Shown one piece after another: positions 61,688 to 64,000 of a stretch of 64,000 nucleotides of DNA (positions are counted from its first letter, which is position 1; every line of letters begins with the position of its first letter). Under the pieces are notes generated by a model. That model ran no database searches. It was given only the letters and a program-made list of their open reading frames with translations, and was not told the origin of the DNA. Both the position numbers and the translations under genes were made by a program. Origin of the DNA: Batkoa obscura (Eukaryota); NCBI GenBank assembly GCA_030770535.1, contig JASVEC010000014.1, positions 1,054,001 through 1,118,000 on the forward strand, given 5' to 3'.

Positions 61688-62336
61688 ATGGTTAGTAGCC
61701 TAGTGATACTATTAGGAAGTATAAGTTTATGCTTATCTTTTTTATATATCACTTTAAAACAAGATATATGGCTTATCTTTAATTGGCATCCACTTTTAAT
61801 GACCTTATATTTCACTTTTCATACTTATGGTAAGTTAACAATTTATGATATTTTTTTATTGATCAGTTTAACTAACTTAATTAGCGATTTCTCGATTACA
61901 AAAACCAAAGAATAAAGCTAATAAAGAACGATCTGTTATTTTGCATCAATTATTTCATTTAATTTCGGTAGTATTACAATTACTTGGTTTTATTGCTGTT
62001 TATTATCACAAATTTCATCGAGGTGCTCAACATTTTACTTCATGGCATGGGTTTTTAGGTCTTGTTGTAATATTAAGCACCTTCCCAGTTATTGCATTTG
62101 GTTCCTTTTCAATTTATTTCCCAAATGTTTTAGATAAACCAATGATTAAAAAAGCAATTTATTTTCATCGAATGTTTGGTTATTTGTTATATTTATTATT
62201 ATGTATCACTTATATTACTGGATTACAAAGCAGTTGGCTAGAAAGGATTATTGGTCCACATGCTTGGATGTTTGTATTGTTGGCCCTCTCTATTCTATCC
62301 TTATTATACCGTGTTAATATTAAAAAATTAATTTAA
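61688..62336 (+). CDS. Cytochrome b561 domain membrane protein, one intron
   Basis: FNWHPLLM, LHQLFH, HK......HFTSWHGFLG and FHRMFG heme-ligand His motifs. Confidence 0.88.
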
Positions 62337-62444
62337 ATAAATAGGTTACAGTATCTTATCATAAGTTAGGTTTATTACTTATTACTAAGCTAGTTTATTT
62401 AAATGAAAAATAAACTCAACAGATAATCATATCTATTTAACAGA

Positions 62445-64000
62445 TTATACTACTTTTACTTTAAATTTAACATTGAAGCAACCCTCTTTAGGTGCAGTAA
62501 AAGAGAGTGTTTGAGGAGTCAAAGTATAATCTTTAGATAGCAATTCAAGTTCGAAATTAGTGAGTAAATGAATAATTATAAGTTCCATCATAGTTTGGGC
62601 GAGACTAAAAACCGACCAATTAATGAAAGCAATTAAAATAATAGTTCAATAAATACTCACTTTCTTCCAATACATGCTCGGTTGCCCACTGAAAATGGTA
62701 TAAATTTACTGTTGTTTGCTATCAATTGATTATGTTTGATCCATCTTTCTGGTTTAAATTCATTTGCATCTTGACCCCATAATGATTCACTAGTATGTAA
62801 AGTGTGTGCATTGGATCCTACTTCAGTTCCTTCAGGTAAATAATAACCTTCAATTACTTTACCATTCTTAGGTATAAGTCTCCATAAAACATCTGGAACC
62901 CCTGAAATTAAGCGCATACTTTCTTTAATACATGCTTTAAGATATTTCATTTCACTTCGATTAATTTTACTTATATCCTTTTCCTCATTCACTTTTTGAT
63001 TAATTTCATTTGATAAAACTTCCAACTTAGCTGGATTCTTCAATAAGAGATAGAAGAACCTTTAATAAAAGTTAGCAAGTTTCATTTTGTTTGTTTTATA
63101 ATTTAATATTACCAAGTCAAGGCATTAGCAGTGGAATCTGAACCAGCAACACTATTGAAATTAGATTAATAAGCTTTAGAATCTGATTAATTTGTATTAC
63201 ATTTGAGATAATGCTTCACTAGCAAGTTCGTAATCACTTAATTTTTCATTAGTTTCTGAGTTTATCGCTTCAATTAAAGAGTTTAAAACAGTATCTTCTT
63301 TCTTAATTTCCTTAGCTTCTTTAACACAATTTAAAGCAAAAGTCATTACTTTCCTATAATAAATATTGGGAAATAATTTAAGAAACAGAATTGCTTCAGC
63401 AATGAAAAAATAAATAAAGCCTTTGTTTAACCAATCTTGAATCTCTGCTTTACCAGTTTTAAGGGCATTAAAACTTTTTCCAAAACTAACAACACCGATA
63501 ATATCTAAAGTAGTTAATTTAAATAATCCTAATAAATCGATTGTAGAATCTGTTTCAAGTTTCTCATGGATTGTTTTAATCAATGGATTAATGCCACCAT
63601 CAATCACTTTATATTCAACTGTTTTAATAAAAGTGAGGGAAAATGAAGGCATCAATATCTTTTTTCTTTTTTTATGCTCTTGTTTATCCGTCATAGAAAA
63701 TAAATTTTTTAACAATTTTTGCACTTTTTTATAAAAGCTGCCTTTAATACAATTAGGATCTAAATATATTTTTTCAACACCTTCTTCAGTTGATATAATT
63801 ACTTTAGTCCATCCTATGTTTCATTTAATTTATTGATTTGATTAGCTATGAAATTCCTTACCAACTCTTACTATTGGACCATATTTCTTGTGGTATTTAT
63901 CATAACGTTGATAAGCCTTGAAATCTAAAGTTAACACGTCGTCCAGTTGTGGAAAGAGTAATAACAATAATGGCCCAGGTATATCTTTCAATGGACTGAT
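62445..64000 (-). CDS. Cytochrome P450, multi-exon, 5' end outside the window
   Basis: SPLKDIPGP, HKKYGPIVR, VAGSDSTA, KESMRL (ExxR), FKPERW, FIPFSVGNRACIGR (heme Cys). Confidence 0.93.

Overview
This is an AT-rich eukaryotic genomic window with many short introns. It is fungal, and the gene style suggests an early-diverging lineage such as Entomophthorales/Conidiobolus-like fungi (inference only). Host genes recognised: BMT2, FOL3, RICTOR/AVO3, a TGL4-like patatin lipase, an F-box/LRR protein, a histidine acid phosphatase, RRP41, ZNRD2/SSSCA1, a bZIP factor, an eEF1B-gamma-type GST, an ACSF3-like acyl-CoA synthetase, RPN5, VID27, a UPF0643 protein, a cytochrome b561 and a partial P450. Mobile DNA: one intact Sola-like DNA transposon (6690-9154, TSD ATAC) and three decayed copies, about 20 copies of a related ~98-bp MITE with 4-bp TSDs, and three solo-LTR-like repeats, two of which form a near-perfect 464-bp inverted pair. 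The main finding lies at ~31.2-42.6 kb: a ~3-kb unit [RRP41 3' end > < ZNRD2 | IS630/Tc1-derived ORF >] has been tandemly triplicated. The extra RRP41 and ZNRD2 copies have decayed to pseudogenes, while all three transposase-derived ORFs remain intact and are highly diverged. They have no visible TIRs, keep a shared promoter motif, and all carry Asn in place of the first catalytic Asp (ND34E). This pattern points to a domesticated, probably catalytically dead transposase gene family. All alignments were made by eye, so pseudogene boundaries are approximate.
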